From positions 5,394,001 through 5,458,000 of the forward strand of contig OZ024742.1 in the NCBI GenBank assembly GCA_964016885.1: 64,000 nucleotides of DNA, written 5' to 3'. Shown here piece after piece: positions 1 to 12,497 of this stretch (positions within the stretch are counted from its first letter, which is position 1; every line of letters begins with the position of its first letter). This stretch comes from Eledone cirrhosa. Taxonomy: Eukaryota. Under the pieces are notes generated by a model. That model did no database searches. It saw nothing but the letters and a program-made list of their open reading frames with translations, and was not told where the DNA came from. The position numbers were made by a program, and so were the translations under genes.

Positions 1-416
1 TTAACAACAAAGACCAATCATTCACTGTATCTAAATGCAATGATAGTCGATGCGGCACATGTCAATCCATACACGCCGGTCAATATATGAAAACATAAAC
101 TGGAAAAATATTCCCAAATGCAAATATGAACTGCAAAAGCAGAAATCTAATTTACTGCATTAAATGCCCGAATTGTGAAGAACTATATGTCGGTCAAACT
201 GGAAATGCACTATCGGAACGTGCACGGGTACACCGTCAACAAATCAGAGACCCAAATGTCCGTCAGATACCCCTAAGTAACCATCTAGCAGCATGTGGTC
301 AGGGAATATTTATAATATTCCCATTCTACAAATTACACAGCCCAAGTGAAATCAAGAGAAAAATCAAGGAAAAGAATTTTATTGATAAATTCAAACCCAA
401 GCTAAATGAACAATAA
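1..416 (+). pseudogene. 3' end of Penelope-like element ORF (Naiad-like GIY-YIG endonuclease), continues off the window edge
   Basis: Linker KCNDSRCGTC (Cx4CxxC) at about 33-62 is out of frame with ORF 126-416, which has LIYCIKCPNC...YVGQT, RxxxH, HLAAC and E..FI....PKLN, the PLE GIY-YIG with CCHH finger. All Cys codons are TGC/TGT. Confidence 0.85.
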
Positions 417-801
417 TAACGCTTAGGGGTATTACTTCTACTATCACTATGACTACGACCACTAACAACAACAACAACAACAACAATAATAATAATAATA
501 AAAGTGATGTTGATGGTGATGATTAATAGAAAATGCTATTTTCATCATTTCTAAAAATAGCAAAACAATTGATGCTTTGGATATGATTAATTATTGGTCG
601 TTAGACATGCTCAACCAGCCGTGACGCTTAAACCAATCAGCTTTAGTAATTCAGTGAAACTACACACTGATTGGTCGAAATACAGTTTGCAAGACTTAGG
701 ATTCTGGAGCCACTTTTCCCTGTATAAAATGTATAAAAGGTAGTAAATTTACCCATCTTATTACAGTTGAAAATTGCAAACTTGACTGTCACCACATATT
801 A

Positions 802-840
802 TGAACCTGAAGATTGCGAAAGCATGAAAGTACTTGTTCA
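802..840 (+). ncRNA. Minimal type-I hammerhead ribozyme in PLE pLTR
   Basis: Stem I tgaac/gttca; core CTGAAGA 807-813; stem II tgc-gaaa-gca; GAAA 826-829; palindromic stem III aagtactt. Same strand as and downstream of the GIY-YIG ORF. Confidence 0.85.
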
Positions 841-992
841 ATTAACACTTAGAATTTAATATTCTATCATACTATTTCATTATAATACCATTATAAATTT
901 TAAAGGATTGTAAATAAAACGAGTAAATCAGACAAAGTTGGAATTCCTCTTATTAATATAATCTTCTATACACAATCATACACACCCGTGTA

Positions 993-1048
<56 letters not shown>

Positions 1049-1052
<4 letters not shown>

Positions 1053-2140
1053 TGACGAAACATAAGTCAATTGCATGAACTCATAATCCTTTATTTACTG
1101 CTATATATATTTCGATGATAGCCATTGAAAGGCTATGACCTCATCCGGCAGTTAGTCAGTTCTTAGATATGCCAGCTCTGTGTTTATAGTGTTGATGGTA
1201 TCAGAGCCTTGGGACATATGAGCTTGTTAGGAATAATTTAATGTTGTCAGCAGGAATAGTCTTAATTCTCATTGGTCAGTTTTTAGATGCTAGTAGGGTT
1301 GGTATTTGACCTCAAAGAGGCAGATGGTGTTGTAAAGTTCAAACCGTCAGGCAAGATGACAATAGTTCCATATGACTGATTTTCACAAAAAGCATCCCTG
1401 GTCAGATATATATTCAATTAAGGTTAATAGTATGAAATAGATACTACAGGTCATTCTTAAATTGAGGAATTCATGTGGAGTGGTGCTACTGAAAATTATG
1501 GTATGAGTAGTAAATTTACAAATAAAAAGACTATGTGTAGGTTGGCTTGCACATACACTCACACCCACCTCCACAGACACACACACATCCACACATACAA
1601 ATTGAGGAATTAATGTGGGGTGGTAATACTTACAATAATGGTTACAGTCAAATACTTAGAAAGTTTAGAAAATTTAGAAATAAAAGGCTTATGTTGGTTG
1701 ACTTGTACATACACTCACACCTACCCCTCAGACACACACACATCTGCACACACAAATCCATACAGGTGTGTATATATATATATATATGTACGCACAAGTG
1801 CATATATATATACAACAGAGGCCCCCATATCCAAGTATAAGGCAGACATAAAACTAGGTGGGTGTTATTTTTAAAGAAAAGTAAAGTTGGTGTTTGGAAA
1901 AGTTATTGTTTAGACTAGACAAAGGTAGAGTGTGATATATATCTTCACAGCAATAGCTTGGGGGATTTAGAGCTTAGGCGAATCCCTTAGTACAGACATA
2001 TATACCCACCCACACTTTTATACTTCTGGATGCGCGTGTATCTCTATATACACATGTGCACTCATACAAGAGAGTATATACAAATATACTCTTAAGCATA
2101 CACTCGAACATTTATCAATCCAACCTGGGGTATTAGTATT
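1049..2140 (-). mobile_element. PLE 3' UTR/pLTR fragment (same family as 12493-12870)
   Basis: 1049-1430 is nearly identical to 12493-12870; bounded by (TA)n; carries an HHR motif. Confidence 0.7.
1097..1152 (-). ncRNA. Hammerhead motif with mutated core (CGGATGA)
   Basis: Minus strand: actgc CGGATGA ggtcatagcc..ggctatcatc GAAA tatata TA gcagt. The sister copy at 12539 has canonical CTGATGA. Confidence 0.7.
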
Positions 2141-2157
2141 ACGTTATATATATATAT

Positions 2158-2265
2158 ATATTGTTATACTTTGGGAGGGTCATGTTGCCAATAAGAAATT
2201 GAAGTGAAGCAACTGGTGCGTGTGTTTCTTATTGGCAACATGACCCTCCCAAAGTATAACAATAT
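2158..2265. repeat. Hairpin of about 41-bp arms made from a pLTR tail sequence
   Basis: atattgttatactttgggagggtcatgttgccaataagaaa followed by its reverse complement. Related tails occur at about 20150-20195, 41455-41510 and 42310-42357. Confidence 0.8.
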
Positions 2266-2396
2266 CGGTTTCAACACACGATTTCAGATAAAGAATCTTG
2301 CTAAACAAATTCAGAAACGAAATATATATATATATATATATATATACGGATTAACAAATAATAGTTAAATGCAGTCCACTTAGGTAAAGTCCAGTT

Positions 2397-4349
2397 ATGG
2401 TATTCCAGGTAGTGGATGAATCTACACTCACCAGCATAAACATGGAGGGCCTCAAGATAGTTAATAAACTCGGAATTTCAGATAGGACCGAACCGCTTAC
2501 CCCGTGCAACCCTACATTTAACCTGAAAGATCACAAAAATAACTTTGAAACTAATCCCACCATTAGATTAATATGCCCATCCAAGTCAGACATAGGTAAA
2601 ATTAGCAAAAACATTCTAGATAGGGTAATCGCACAAATAAAGGGTAAACTAGAAATCAATTTATGGGGCAACACTAACGAGGCAATTAAATGGTTCAATA
2701 AAATACAAAATAGGGAGACGTGTAACTTCATACAATTTGATATAGACGACTATTATGCTTCCATATCCCCAGCTACCCTAGATAAGGCGCTTATATTTGC
2801 CCAAAATAACTCTGATCTTACCCATGATGAAATTGAAATAATAATAGCGGCTAGAAGGACTATCGTAAAATTTGAAAATAACTACTGGGTAAGAAAGGAT
2901 AGAATAAATAGCTTCGATATTACAATGGGATCAAATGATTCTGCGCAAATTACAGATATCGTGGGGCTATTCATAGCACACAACCTACATAAGGAATTCA
3001 GTAACCTCCAAGGAGGAATTTATAGGGACGACACGTTACTTATAGCTAGGAACCTAAACAACCAGAGCATGGAAAGACTAAGGAAAAATATTAGAATATT
3101 CTTCAAAAAACTAGGCCTAGGTATTACCTACGAACTAAACCATAAGAAGGTTCTAGATGTAACTCTAAATCTAAATACTGAATTAATAGAACCTTTCCAC
3201 AAAAATAATGAAAATCTTGCCTACATTAGTTACAACTCAAATCACCTCAAATCCATAATTAAATCCATAGCACGTAGTATATCCCTCCGAATATCCCGCT
3301 TATCCTCAAACCTAGAAATCTTTAACGAGCATGCTGACTATTATAATGCAGCATTAAGTAGGGCCGGTCATAAAGATAAACTACAGTATATAGTGAATAA
3401 GGACAACATAAACAATCCTAGTAATTTCTACTCCAACCGCTCACATAATAATAGGAATAGCTTGACTAGACATAGGGTTAGACATGTAACACCTAGAGTA
3501 AACGGCCAAAACACTAATAGCGTAAACCCTAGAAACAATAGAAGAAACAGACAAAGAAAATACCTATGGTTCAACCCAATATTCAACTCCTCTATAAAAA
3601 CTAGACTGCCCTCTACATTCTTTAAACTAATAGATAAACACTTCCCTATCTCGCATAGATATCACAAAATACTCAATAGATCTACTATAAAACTCTCTTT
3701 CTCAACAGCAGCAAGTATAGAATCACACATACGCAAGATCAACCACAGAAATATCTCAAGTAAATCAATTGCACCTATACATAAGCACAAACTCATCACA
3801 ACATCACAACCACAAGCGCATACAAACGCGCAGCAGCAAAACGCCATTGGGCATATATCACAACCCACTTATAACAGGGTACTAAATAGGAATGTAAAAG
3901 CTGCACAAAATAGCGCCTCAAACTGCAACTGTCACCTCCCAGATAGGTGCCCATTGGCGAACAGATGTCTCGATTCGAGCCTGGTGTACATGTGCACTGT
4001 CATCTCGGGTAACTCCACCTGGAATTACATAGGATCCACCGCGGGTTCTTTTAAGAAAAGATGGTATGTGCACAGGCACTCAATGAAAAACCGTGCACTT
4101 ATGGGTTCCACCACCCTCGCCAGAAAAATATGGGAATTGAAGGACAGCAACACTAACTACACTATCAACTGGTCGAAGTTGTCGGCTGCTAAAACCTATA
4201 GTACAGGGATGTCCTATTGCGGGCTGTGTGATCTTGAGCTATTGTATATCCTTAGAAATGTTAAAAGGCTACTTAATAATAAGTTAGAAAGATCTATCTT
4301 CTGCAGACATAGAATAGCCACTAAATTCATAAGATTCAAACCTCCGTGA
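2397..4349 (+). CDS. PLE reverse transcriptase + GIY-YIG endonuclease (650 aa, probably N-terminally truncated)
   Basis: RT motifs FDIDDYYASI, FDITMGSNDS, GIYRDD; linker CNCHLPDRCPLANRC (CxCx5C); VYMC..YIGST..FKKRWYVH; CGLC; CRH. Uninterrupted frame. Confidence 0.9.
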   Translation: MVFQVVDESTLTSINMEGLKIVNKLGISDRTEPLTPCNPTFNLKDHKNNFETNPTIRLICPSKSDIGKISKNILDRVIAQIKGKLEINLWGNTNEAIKWFNKIQNRETCNFIQFDIDDYYASISPATLDKALIFAQNNSDLTHDEIEIIIAARRTIVKFENNYWVRKDRINSFDITMGSNDSAQITDIVGLFIAHNLHKEFSNLQGGIYRDDTLLIARNLNNQSMERLRKNIRIFFKKLGLGITYELNHKKVLDVTLNLNTELIEPFHKNNENLAYISYNSNHLKSIIKSIARSISLRISRLSSNLEIFNEHADYYNAALSRAGHKDKLQYIVNKDNINNPSNFYSNRSHNNRNSLTRHRVRHVTPRVNGQNTNSVNPRNNRRNRQRKYLWFNPIFNSSIKTRLPSTFFKLIDKHFPISHRYHKILNRSTIKLSFSTAASIESHIRKINHRNISSKSIAPIHKHKLITTSQPQAHTNAQQQNAIGHISQPTYNRVLNRNVKAAQNSASNCNCHLPDRCPLANRCLDSSLVYMCTVISGNSTWNYIGSTAGSFKKRWYVHRHSMKNRALMGSTTLARKIWELKDSNTNYTINWSKLSAAKTYSTGMSYCGLCDLELLYILRNVKRLLNNKLERSIFCRHRIATKFIRFKPP

Positions 4350-4687
4350 ATCGAACCAACATAACATAGCTTTAAATTAGGATACCTACTACCCACAGAA
4401 ATATATTCATTAAGTATACTATTTCCTTCACAAGTCTATACCACACAATTGTCTGTAAGTACCTCATCTACCAACAATCTTACTCCTTCTCAGCTGCTGC
4501 AATCATTTGATCCTAGATCCTAGTTTTTCTCATTTCACTACTACAATGTTACTTTACCTTCTTTTTGCCATAATTACAATTAGCACGCTTTTCTCTTTGC
4601 ATGTATGTATATTTTTGTACGAGTGTATATTGATGTGTATGTATGTGTCTATGTACACATGCATGTGTATATATGTGTATATATATT

Positions 4688-4724
<37 letters not shown>

Positions 4725-5117
4725 ATGTGTGTGTGTGCGTAGATATATGCGTATATTAATTCGTTAACCTCTGTATTAACTCTACAACTATTGAGCTTTG
4801 ACAGTGGTCCCACTCATGTATACTGTTGAAGATGAAGAGAAAGACTGTAAAAACTAGCTTATCTTTATAATTTAAAATTGATACACACTACGATATTTTT
4901 TGCCTTATGACAGCTGGTTTTCACGCCGTAAGCTGGTTTTCACGCCGTAACATTAGATACATTATATACCCCCCCACCTAAGTAATGTCAGGGTCTCCTT
5001 AAATAGTTTATTGATAGCATTGTTTAATTGTTGTTATTGTTCTAATTGAATGCCATAACTACTCCATATAGTAGCCGTATTTTCTTTTCTTTTCTTGCCT
5101 GTGTATTTTCTTCATTC

Positions 5118-5236
5118 TCGCATGCTCCGAAGATCTGACTGGTTATAATTCTGTATTGGCGATCGAGTGACGCAAAATTAGGCGGATAGCGATCTCTAGA
5201 CATACTAGTTCAGTGAAACAAATGTAAGCTATGTGA
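5118..5236 (+). ncRNA. Hammerhead variant: CCGAAGA core, about 81-nt stem II
   Basis: gct CCGAAGA(5127-5133) t ctgactggt...actagttcag t GAAA(5215-5218) caaatg TA agc; distal stem I tcgcat/atgtga. Confidence 0.7.
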
Positions 5237-5281
5237 TTAAAAACTTTTTTGTATAGCAAACCATGTAAACCTTCTTTCCTG

Positions 5282-5334
<53 letters not shown>

Positions 5335-5899
5335 AATATATATATATATATTCATCCTGCTATATGAAGCGTTAACCTAATATATACCTTCCATGTACTG
5401 TACCGATTGTGTTGTTATTTCTGTTTACCTTTTACATACATACATATATATATATATTTAACGAAGGGTATTCGTGGTGGTTGTTAGAGGAAATAACAAG
5501 AATGGCTGATTTACCTTATATATCAAAAGTTTACTTCACTTCAGAAAAAACAATAAACAAGTTGCCGCGAGTTGCGAAGGTCGACGATATTATTTTTGTT
5601 GTTGTTTCATGAGGCTGGTGTAGTTTGAGACGAGGAGGGAGAGAGAGAGTAATGATATGTAGACCTCTGCGGTTTGTAGATTACGGCGAATCTTTACATA
5701 GCTTGTAAAGTATGTGTGTGTATTTCAGTATGTGGGAGGGGACTGGATTAGGTGTGAAGGGCAGATCCGAGAGGAGGTGCATTAATTAAGGCCATGATTT
5801 ATTAGAATTTCATCCGTCATTAGTAACGCTCCTCGTGGAACTCTTTAGATAGAAAGGTTAAATAAAAGAAGAAAAAAAAAAGATAGGTTAACAACCACA

Positions 5900-6110
5900 A
5901 AATAATTATAGAGATGTTTCGGCTGTGCCCTGCAGACAAAATCGTAAAGACATTTCCGCGGACAATGGCCAGCAACACACGCTGCATCACCTTCCTCCAC
6001 CTCGCGGGACACCTTCCTCAAATAGGTTGTTATCGATCCGATTTTACAGAGGGTGACATTATGATCGTAAGTGGAACAGCCTTACAACTAGGACACCCAG
6101 TCGAGTAGCA
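5900..6110 (-). mobile_element. 3' fragment of CRE-like (RLE endonuclease) non-LTR retrotransposon
   Basis: Minus strand ends ...AIVRGNVFTILSAG, matching the C-terminus of ORF 18812-19489 (LTILRGNAFSILSAG). Confidence 0.65.
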
Positions 6111-6489
6111 TTAACGTTAGATAATTCTAATTATAGTTTAAACAACGAATTCAACGTCAACAACAGAATCTGTACTTTGAACTGAGATAACGCCCACAAA
6201 TACAGTAACAGACATAAAAATAAATGCGAAAACATCACCACCACTCACCTCAGCAAAGATAATACTATAACACTCCTCTATAACCACATATATTATGTAT
6301 TTTTTTTATTCAAAAGCAAAAAACCAACCTTGTTTAGTAAGAAAAAAAAAGGGGAAAACAAAAGGAAAGAAAGAATAGGTAAATATAGAAAAAATAAAGA
6401 GAGAAAGAAAGAAGAAAAGGAACGGGAAAGGGAGGGAATGACAATAGCTCTGGTGTCTCAGAAGAGGGGAGAGAGGAGGGCTTTGGGCC

Positions 6490-6695
6490 TAGGGCAAGAG
6501 GGCAGTAGTGCTGCGCCCAGCTGACAAGACGGCAAAAGCATTCACCCGGACGATGGCCAGTGACACCCGCTGCAACCGCCACCCAACTTCGTGGGGTTGC
6601 CTCCTCAGACGGGCCACCGACATTCCGATCTTGCGGAGAAGCTCGGCAGTACGGGGTCTAAGTACGCCTGAGGTCTCGACGGTGACCGAAAAAAC
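6490..6695 (-). mobile_element. 3' fragment of CRE-like non-LTR retrotransposon
   Basis: Minus strand reads VETSGVLRP...LQRVSLAIVRVNAFAVLSAG, homologous to ORF 18812-19489. Confidence 0.7.
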
Positions 6696-6739
6696 CCTGG
6701 TTATTTCTGTTTACCTGTTACACACACACACACACACAT

Positions 6740-6792
<53 letters not shown>

Positions 6793-6802
<10 letters not shown>

Positions 6803-7375
6803 TGTAGAATAACATGGTTAACAGTACAGAAAAGGAGATTTATTTACAGTCTAACAATTGTTTCCATGATAGAGTTCTCTATAAATTGCTAAACACTGGA
6901 GACAGCATAATTCAATTTAAAATACATATAAGTCCAATCATTTCATCAGAAACTGTCAAGAAATACAAAATACATGCGTAACGGTAAACTTACAAATTCA
7001 AAATAAATTTGTAAGTTTACCGTTACGCATGTATTTTGTATTTCTTGACAGTTTCTGATGAAATGATTGGACTTATATGTATTTTAAATTGAACTATGCT
7101 GTCTCCAGTGTTTAGCAATTTATAGACAACTCTATCATGGAAACAATTGTTAGACTGTAAATAAATCTCCTTGTCTGTACTGTTAACCATGTTATTCTTC
7201 ACTTTTATATTACTCCAAGATATATTTACATAGGAATACAAGTGAAGTCATAAACTCGTCACCCAAGTAAACCTCTTGTTGAGTCACATAGCACCGTACG
7301 TTTAAACTGTCCATGATAAGTAGTTCTCACAGACACTTATCGGATTACCTTTAACGATTTATTGTTATCCTACAA
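6793..7375. mobile_element. Fold-back pLTR mini-element (about 205-bp arms, 7-nt loop, 3' tail extension)
   Basis: 6793-6998 is the near-perfect reverse complement of 7006-7210; unique tail to 7375; (TA)n on both sides. Confidence 0.85.
7048..7158 (+). ncRNA. Hammerhead ribozyme with about 78-nt stem II (mirror copy at 6846-6956, minus strand)
   Basis: Stem I acagttt/agactgt; CTGATGA 7055-7061; stem II closed by atgat/atcat; GAAA 7140-7143; palindrome acaattgt. Confidence 0.8.
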
Positions 7376-7699
7376 ATATATATATATATATATGTGAAAA
7401 AATGGGGAGAAGAATACTGCTGGTTGCACATGGATAACATGTAATAAAATAAGTCCCTCATCAGTGATTTGCCGACGATCATAGATATTTCATTGCATTA
7501 AAAATCATATACCTCACGTCGGTGCAATAATAACTAAATTAAGTTATTAGGACAATTAAAACGCGTAAAGCGAGTGAAACAAGATAACAACAAAGAGGAG
7601 AGCTAACCGTAGAAGGAAGGGAACAAGCTTCATAGTTATTCTGTTAGCATAAGCTAGGTGAATATATGAGCGCTTAGAAAAAAGACCTATATATACATA

Positions 7700-9218
<1,519 letters not shown>

Positions 9219-9238
9219 ACCAAGGATTACACACATTT

Positions 9239-9283
<45 letters not shown>

Positions 9284-9284
<1 letters not shown>

Positions 9285-11081
9285 TAGCAGAAGTGCCCGG
9301 CGTTGCTCGGGGCTGAGGAACTGATGTATTATAATGAATATTCCATCTCTTTTGGTTTGCAAGCCTGGTGTGTCATGGCCTCTGTTAACTACGGTATATA
9401 TAATCTGGTTGCAGCTAGAAAAATTGACATACCGCAGCAGGGTTTGTACCTACATAGGTGATCCCCTGTCTATTTGACTTTCGCCTGACCTAACTGAGGT
9501 CGTAGGTGAAAGGGATAGGATCAATCACTTTTTGACAGGACAAAGAAAACGTTTGTTGGTGCCTGTTTATGTCGTGGTTTTGGGTTCAATCCCTAATTTT
9601 TTTTATTCCTTACTGAAAGTACTTAATGAACCTGTGAACGTCCCTAGCAGTTAAGAATGAGAAATTGAATTGTTTCTGGCGCGATTGTACTCTCGTCATT
9701 GTTAACGAAAACTACATTGAAACACGCACACACACACGTGTGTATTGACGGTAATACACACACACACACATGCTAACGGCGACATAACATTTACCGGTTA
9801 TATAAACTTTTCATGCTATATAACATCGTACTGACTACATAGCCTTTTACCTGCTACATAGCTTTACCGGCTACATAATGAATACCGGCTACGCAATTGA
9901 TCTTGTTGTTTAAGGAAGTCTGCGAATAGTGTTTTAAAAAATTATTTGTTAACTCACATGATGTGAAAATGAAAATAATTATGTCGTTTGATTTTACGAT
10001 TGAAAGAAAATAATTGTCGCAAATTAGAATTTTTATTTGTTAATGAAGTGTGTATGTGTGGTTAGAAATCCGGCACGTGGTTAAATTGATTTAAAGTTTA
10101 ATTATTCATTTGATGTGAGTGTGTGTTTGTATGTGTTTGCAAATAAATAAATTAGTTTGAAGACTCACATTTAGAATAAACGAAATTGTACGTTAATGTG
10201 GATAATGTTTTTGTTGTTTAGTCTGTAAAGTGTATGAGTGAGAGAGTAAAACGGACAGTATCACCATCAACATGAACAATGTAAAATGAAAAGAATAGTT
10301 GCTTCAGCTTGGAAAGAGAAAGTAACAGATTAAAAAATTATTTGTTAACTCACATGATGTTAAAATGAAAATAATTATGTCGTTTGATTTTACGATTGAA
10401 AAATTATTTGTTAACTCACATGATGTGAAATGGAAGGGTAGTATTATCGCCATGAAGATTAACAACCGAAAATGAAAATAATTATGTCGTTTGGTTTTAC
10501 GATTGAAAGAAAATAATTGTCGCAAATTAGAATTTTTATTTGTTAATGAAGTGTGTATGTGTGGTTAGAAATCCGGCACGTGGTTAAATTGATTTAAAGT
10601 TTAATTATTCATTTGATGTGTGTGTTTGTATGTGTTTGCAAATAAATAAATTAGTTTGAAGACTCACATTTAGAATAAACGAAATTGTACGTTAATGTGG
10701 ATAATGTTTTTGTTGTTTAGTCTGTAAAGTGTATGAGTGAGAGAGTAAAACGGACAGTATCACCATCAACATGAACAATGTAAAATGAAAAGAATAGTTG
10801 TTTCAGCTTGGAAAGAGAAAGTAGCAGAAAGTATGAAGTTGTATAGATTTTGAAGGGTAATGGAAAGGTTTTAACAGTTGAAATGAGAGAGGAAAAATCG
10901 TAAAATATTGAGTTTTATCGATTTTTGCGTAATTGTGGGTGAAATTGAAAAAATTATATATGCCATGACCCAATCGAAGCTATTTCGAATACTGAATTGT
11001 AAATTTCAATTGAAGAAATTCTATATCGTAGATTTCTATAACAAAGAAACATGACCATACACTGAGCTTTATAGAGTATGA
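9284..11081 (-). mobile_element. Non-autonomous Helitron
   Basis: Minus strand starts TC (tcatactctataaagctc) and ends ccgagcaacgccggg..tgCTAG, inserted between A and T in (TA)n. Internal tandem duplication of about 360-390 bp (about 9936-10328 vs 10468-10828). Confidence 0.75.
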
Positions 11082-11299
11082 TATATATATATATATAGTA
11101 TTAAGGATACTATTTATGGTTATGTATATACTAAAACCTTTTATAGTTATATATATTTTATACCCTAAATAGTGAAAGACAGTAATTTATTACTATCTTA
11201 TTACCAGTAAGATAAATAGCTCAATGTAACAACATCAGTTGTTTTACAGAGCAGTTATATAGAGATTACATGAAACAAAGTTCTGTTTAAATCATTTAT

Positions 11300-11348
11300 T
11301 TGCTTACACTTATTTCTTCCAAACCGAGGTTTGGAGTCTTCGGAGCAA
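11300..11348 (-). ncRNA. Hammerhead variant with CCGAAGA core
   Basis: Minus strand: ttgct CCGAAGA c tccaaac-ctcg-gtttgga a GAAA taagtg TA agcaa. Confidence 0.7.
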
Positions 11349-11449
11349 TTATTCAGTGATTTTTAACATACTTGACCTTCTTTTCAACACAAGAGACATA
11401 TAGAAACATATGTATATATTGACATATAGAAACATATGTATATATTGAC

Positions 11450-11499
<50 letters not shown>

Positions 11500-11668
11500 C
11501 TCCTTATAACCCATCCCTTTTACAACTCCTACAACTAATATAAAAGAGCCCCCTTAGAATATAGACCCCAAATATACAAGCTGAGCTGTTGATGTATACC
11601 ACGATTTCAAACTGCTAATCTTGAGTGAAACGTTGATGTAAATAATGAACTTACAATCACCTGTTATA

Positions 11669-11715
11669 TGCCTTGAAAAGTCCCACCATATGGTCGGACG
11701 AAACGGCTGTCGGCA
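11669..11715 (+). ncRNA. Hammerhead variant with U3-A8 core (TTGAAAA)
   Basis: tgcc TTGAAAA gtcc-c-acca-ta-tggt-c-ggac GAAA cggctg TC ggca, overlapping an AATAAA. Confidence 0.75.
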
Positions 11716-11893
11716 ATAAACTTGTTATAATGTCATAATAGTTCCTTTGTTCTTTTTCATTAATATTTCTGCTCTGCTTATACGCATAGAGCTTAACTAG
11801 CTACCGTCGCATATTTGGTAGGTCAAGCGTGATCATCGCGATTTACGTACGACCTACCATACATCTTGCTTATATATGTATATATACACATTC

Positions 11894-11925
11894 TTCTGAT
11901 GAAGGACTAGCGTCCGAAACGTTAA
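11894..11925 (+). ncRNA. Minimal hammerhead core with weak or truncated stem I
   Basis: CTGATGA a ggac-tagc-gtcc GAAA cg TT. The downstream tail (11930-12013) is repeated at about 5351-5435. Confidence 0.6.
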
Positions 11926-12012
11926 TACCCTCTTCCTGCTATATCAAGCGTTAACCTGATATATACCTTCCATATACTGTACCGATTGTGTTGTTATTTC
12001 TGTTTACCTTTT

Positions 12013-12071
<59 letters not shown>

Positions 12072-12406
12072 AAAACAATGAAATAAAAAATCAAGTCATT
12101 AGAAATATACTTCACTGCTTTACGATCGTTTCTAGGTGGTGATAATACATCGTAACTATACCTCGTTATCGATCTATGTAAGGTTAGTTACAAAATATCA
12201 AATATGGAGGATATTTACTTACATGCATATCACCAGCTGTTGTCAAAAGCAATAATAATTTTATTCAAAATTAGTAGTATGCTTAGTTCTATGACCTTAT
12301 TTGGAGTTAGTTGAAGAATTAACCAATCAGATTGTTTTTTTCCATATGATGTTAAGATGAAAAATAATTCATTTTAGTTGAGGTCATGACCCTTTGAAAG
12401 GAATGG

Positions 12407-12492
<86 letters not shown>

Positions 12493-12497
<5 letters not shown>

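Larger units (their letters stand above)
2346..5285 (+). mobile_element. 5'-truncated Hydra-type Penelope-like retroelement inserted in (TA)n
   Basis: RT+GIY-YIG ORF, 3' UTR and pLTR with HHR; (TA)n on both sides. Confidence 0.9.

Noticed and set aside
1-416. Selenocysteine use in the Naiad-like GIY-YIG fragments
   Set aside because: All visible conserved Cys codons here and at 63769-64000 are TGT/TGC.
9936-10830. Repeats resembling a CRISPR-like or satellite array
   Set aside because: Irregular internal duplications within a Helitron, with no repeat-spacer periodicity, in a eukaryotic context.
12115-12185. Minus-strand GAAA cgatcg TA with aggt/acct stem
   Set aside because: No recognisable CUGANGA; similar partial motifs at about 7470-7525, 9150-9190 and 51040-51150 were also not counted.
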